DNA of 64,000 bases from Prochlorococcus sp. AG-418-M08 (GTDB lineage Bacteria > Cyanobacteriota > Cyanobacteriia > PCC-6307 > Cyanobiaceae): positions 9,769 through 73,768 of the forward strand of contig QCMG01000003.1 of assembly GCA_003213955.1 (NCBI GenBank), read 5' to 3'. Below the pieces are notes generated by a model. It was given only the letters and a program-made list of their open reading frames with translations. It was not told the DNA's origin and made no database searches. A program made the translations under genes and the position numbers. Shown here one piece after another: positions 61,950-64,000 of the stretch; the first letter of the stretch is position 1, and every line of letters begins with the position of its first letter.

Positions 61950-63230
61950 ATGTCTGAAGTAAAAAGAAAAATACACGTGGTAGGAATTAATTCTTTTGAA
62001 TTTAAAGAATTACCAATGAAATTACAAAATTTATTTTTAGAAACAAATAATATTGCAATTCCAGAATCTTATTTTAAAGATATTAAAATATGGGTTGAAA
62101 GGAATATAAAACAAAAAAAATTATTTTTTGCTAGTAGGAGTGACAAAAAACTGATTAATTGGCTTAAATCGCTAAAAACTGATGTGATTTTAATTTCCAG
62201 GGGTGATCCTCTTTGGTTTGGTATAGGAAGAATACTTCTAGAAAATTTTTCAAAGGATGAATTATGTTTTTATCCATCAAATACTTGTGTTCAAATAGCC
62301 TTTAGCAAACTAAAAATACCTTGGCAAGAAGCAGATTATGTAAGTATTCATGGAAGAGATTCAATAAAATTAATCGAGACTTTAAAATTGAAGCCTTCAA
62401 TATTAGCTATACTTACAGATACTAAAAATAAAGGTTTAGAGATAATTCAAAAAAATTTATTAGAGTTAAATCTAAATGATAGTTACGAATTTTGGCTCTG
62501 TGAAGAATTAGGCTTAAAAAATGAAAAGATAAGAAAATTAAATGTAAGAGATAAATTCCCTTCTGATATTTCCGAACTAAATATTGTTATTCTCTTAAAA
62601 AAAGAAAATCTAAAAATAGATAAAGATATTCCTCTTTTTGGTTTACAAGACAATACCTTTAAAACTTTTAAAGATAGACCAAATTTATTAACCAAGAGGG
62701 AAATTAGAATCCAAATATTAGCTGATTTAGAATTGCCAGAAAATGGAATAATTTGGGATATTGGAGCTGGTTGCGGCTCGATTGGTTTAGAGGCATTGAA
62801 ATTAAGGCCCAATTTAAGTTTATTTAGTATTGATAAAAGAATTGGATCAAAAGAATTAATTGCGGAAAATGCAAAAAGATTAGGCGTGAGTGCTGAAGAT
62901 ATTTTTGAAGAGGATATAAATAATTTATTAATCTCAAATAGTATTAAGTCTCTCAAAAATGCAAATAGAGTAGTAATAGGTGGTTGTGATAAGAATACTA
63001 AGCTAAGAGTTATCGAAAAATTATCTATAAATATGAATTCTGGAGATATTATTGTTATTCCTTTTATAGATATACAAATTATTAAGGATTTAAAAGATGC
63101 ATTAAAAGAAAATAATTTCTCAGTCAGTTTAAATTTAATACAAACCTATAAAAGTTTAAGTATTTCAGAGGGAATAAGATTAGAGCCTAACAACCCCGTA
63201 TTTTTGCTTAGAGGTAAAAAACTATCTTAA
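61950..63230 (+). CDS. cbiET: Bifunctional cobalt-precorrin-7 C5-methyltransferase / precorrin-6B C15-methyltransferase
   Basis: IHVVG, GDPLWFGIG, SIHGR, TK.EIR, WDIGAG.GSI and IGG. Confidence 0.9.
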   Translation: MSEVKRKIHVVGINSFEFKELPMKLQNLFLETNNIAIPESYFKDIKIWVERNIKQKKLFFASRSDKKLINWLKSLKTDVILISRGDPLWFGIGRILLENFSKDELCFYPSNTCVQIAFSKLKIPWQEADYVSIHGRDSIKLIETLKLKPSILAILTDTKNKGLEIIQKNLLELNLNDSYEFWLCEELGLKNEKIRKLNVRDKFPSDISELNIVILLKKENLKIDKDIPLFGLQDNTFKTFKDRPNLLTKREIRIQILADLELPENGIIWDIGAGCGSIGLEALKLRPNLSLFSIDKRIGSKELIAENAKRLGVSAEDIFEEDINNLLISNSIKSLKNANRVVIGGCDKNTKLRVIEKLSINMNSGDIIVIPFIDIQIIKDLKDALKENNFSVSLNLIQTYKSLSISEGIRLEPNNPVFLLRGKKLS

Positions 63231-63238
63231 TCTAAAGA

Positions 63239-64000
63239 TTACTTATTAGGCTTGCCAACATGCGGCAAACCCCAACCTAATTTATTTCTTAATACTTGAA
63301 AAAACTCATGATCCTCTAGTCTTATAAACTTTACAGAATGTTTACTTTTTCTTATGAGAACTCTATCTTCAGGCCAAACATAACAACCAGCATTTCCATC
63401 AACTACCATTACTAACCTTTCAGGAGTAGCAGGGAAAACTGTAACAGGTTCTGAATCATTAAAGACTAAGGCCCTTGAAGCTAGAGAATGAGGAGCTATG
63501 GGAGTTAATTGAACTACTGGGCAATCTGGTGTTATGACTGGACCTCCTGCACTTAGAGAATAAGCTGTTGAGCCAGTTGGAGTAGAAAGAATAACTCCAT
63601 CAGCAGAAATATCTACTGGAGCATGTCTACCTATGGATATCTCAAAATGACACATACTTGTAAGAGGTTCTCTATGAAGGGCCATTTCATTCAAGCAAAA
63701 AGATTCCCACCTTCTTTGTTCATTTCTCATTACACTGATAATTAAGCTTTTTCTTTCTTCTATATCCCAATTACCGGTAATAAGTTTATCAATTGCTTCT
63801 TCTAAATTTGAAAGATATGCCTCTGCAAGGAATCCTAAATGACCAGTATTAATTGTGAGTATTGGGATTTTTGCAGGAGCAGTCTGCCGAGCAGCAGAAA
63901 GGACTGTTCCATCTCCTCCAAGAACAATCGCAAACTCTATAGAAGAATCAAACCCCTCTGGAACACAATTCGAATACCCCAAAGGACGAACGTGTTGATC
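63239..64000 (-). CDS. nadK: NAD(+) kinase, 5'-truncated by the window edge
   Basis: LGGDGT, GHLGFL, NE, DG....TP.GSTAY.LSAGGP and PIAPH; the frame stays open to base 64000 ([11 protein letters not shown]). Confidence 0.95.
   Translation of the reverse strand, partial: DQHVRPLGYSNCVPEGFDSSIEFAIVLGGDGTVLSAARQTAPAKIPILTINTGHLGFLAEAYLSNLEEAIDKLITGNWDIEERKSLIISVMRNEQRRWESFCLNEMALHREPLTSMCHFEISIGRHAPVDISADGVILSTPTGSTAYSLSAGGPVITPDCPVVQLTPIAPHSLASRALVFNDSEPVTVFPATPERLVMVVDGNAGCYVWPEDRVLIRKSKHSVKFIRLEDHEFFQVLRNKLGWGLPHVGKPNK

Noticed and set aside
3623-62956. Short alternative-frame or antisense ORFs in the track (e.g. 3623-3811, 4379-4561, 5510-5779, 12115-12303, 19521-19835, 20839-21192, 23562-23798, 24402-24620, 26614-26811, 28800-29075, 32886-33179, 36276-36512, 43405-43647, 47128-47517, 49278-49523, 55048-55332, 59082-59453, 59541-59774, 61316-61501, 62483-62956)
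   Set aside because: They lie opposite or inside well-supported genes, have no motifs and show the composition typical of shadow ORFs.
1-64000. CRISPR arrays, IS elements, integrases, prophage genes, rRNA
   Set aside because: I saw no regularly spaced repeats, transposase or recombinase motifs, phage structural genes or rRNA-like sequence; manual scanning could miss short or degenerate elements.

Overview
Very AT-rich cyanobacterial DNA, most likely high-light Prochlorococcus. This is inferred from the conserved block lexA-argF-ftsH-ribD-DUF3122-cbiET-NAD kinase at about 56.4-64 kb and the low GC. Bases 1 to about 56,400 are a cell-surface glycan (LPS/EPS) biosynthesis island with a tRNA-Ala(GGC) inside it at 40195-40267. 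I saw no integrase, transposase, CRISPR array or att duplication. The island is a mosaic of modules: (1) NTP-transferase / GT2 / GDPD-like / GT-C-kinase fusion / HAD; (2) SAM methyltransferases plus a carbamoyltransferase cassette syntenic with sxtIJKL; (3) dTDP-rhamnose genes rmlACDB; (4) a nonulosonic-acid operon with a UDP-sulfoquinovose synthase (SqdB) paralogue inserted between neuA and neuB; (5) a WbuXYZ-type amidotransferase trio; (6) WavE plus a KdsC-like / GatZ-like / GT2 / cupin / nucleotidyltransferase-kinase / SnoaL operon; (7) a formyltransferase-deacetylase pair; (8) a mycobacterial-type polyprenyl-phospho-arabinofuranose pathway (UbiA, DprE1, DprE2, GtrA, GT-C); (9) ugd and uxs. 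The best candidate for an undescribed system is neuC-neuA-sqdB-neuB, which could make a C9-sulfonated sialic-acid-like sugar. The second is a putative NDP-ketose pathway. All functional calls come from motif recognition by eye; no database searches were run.
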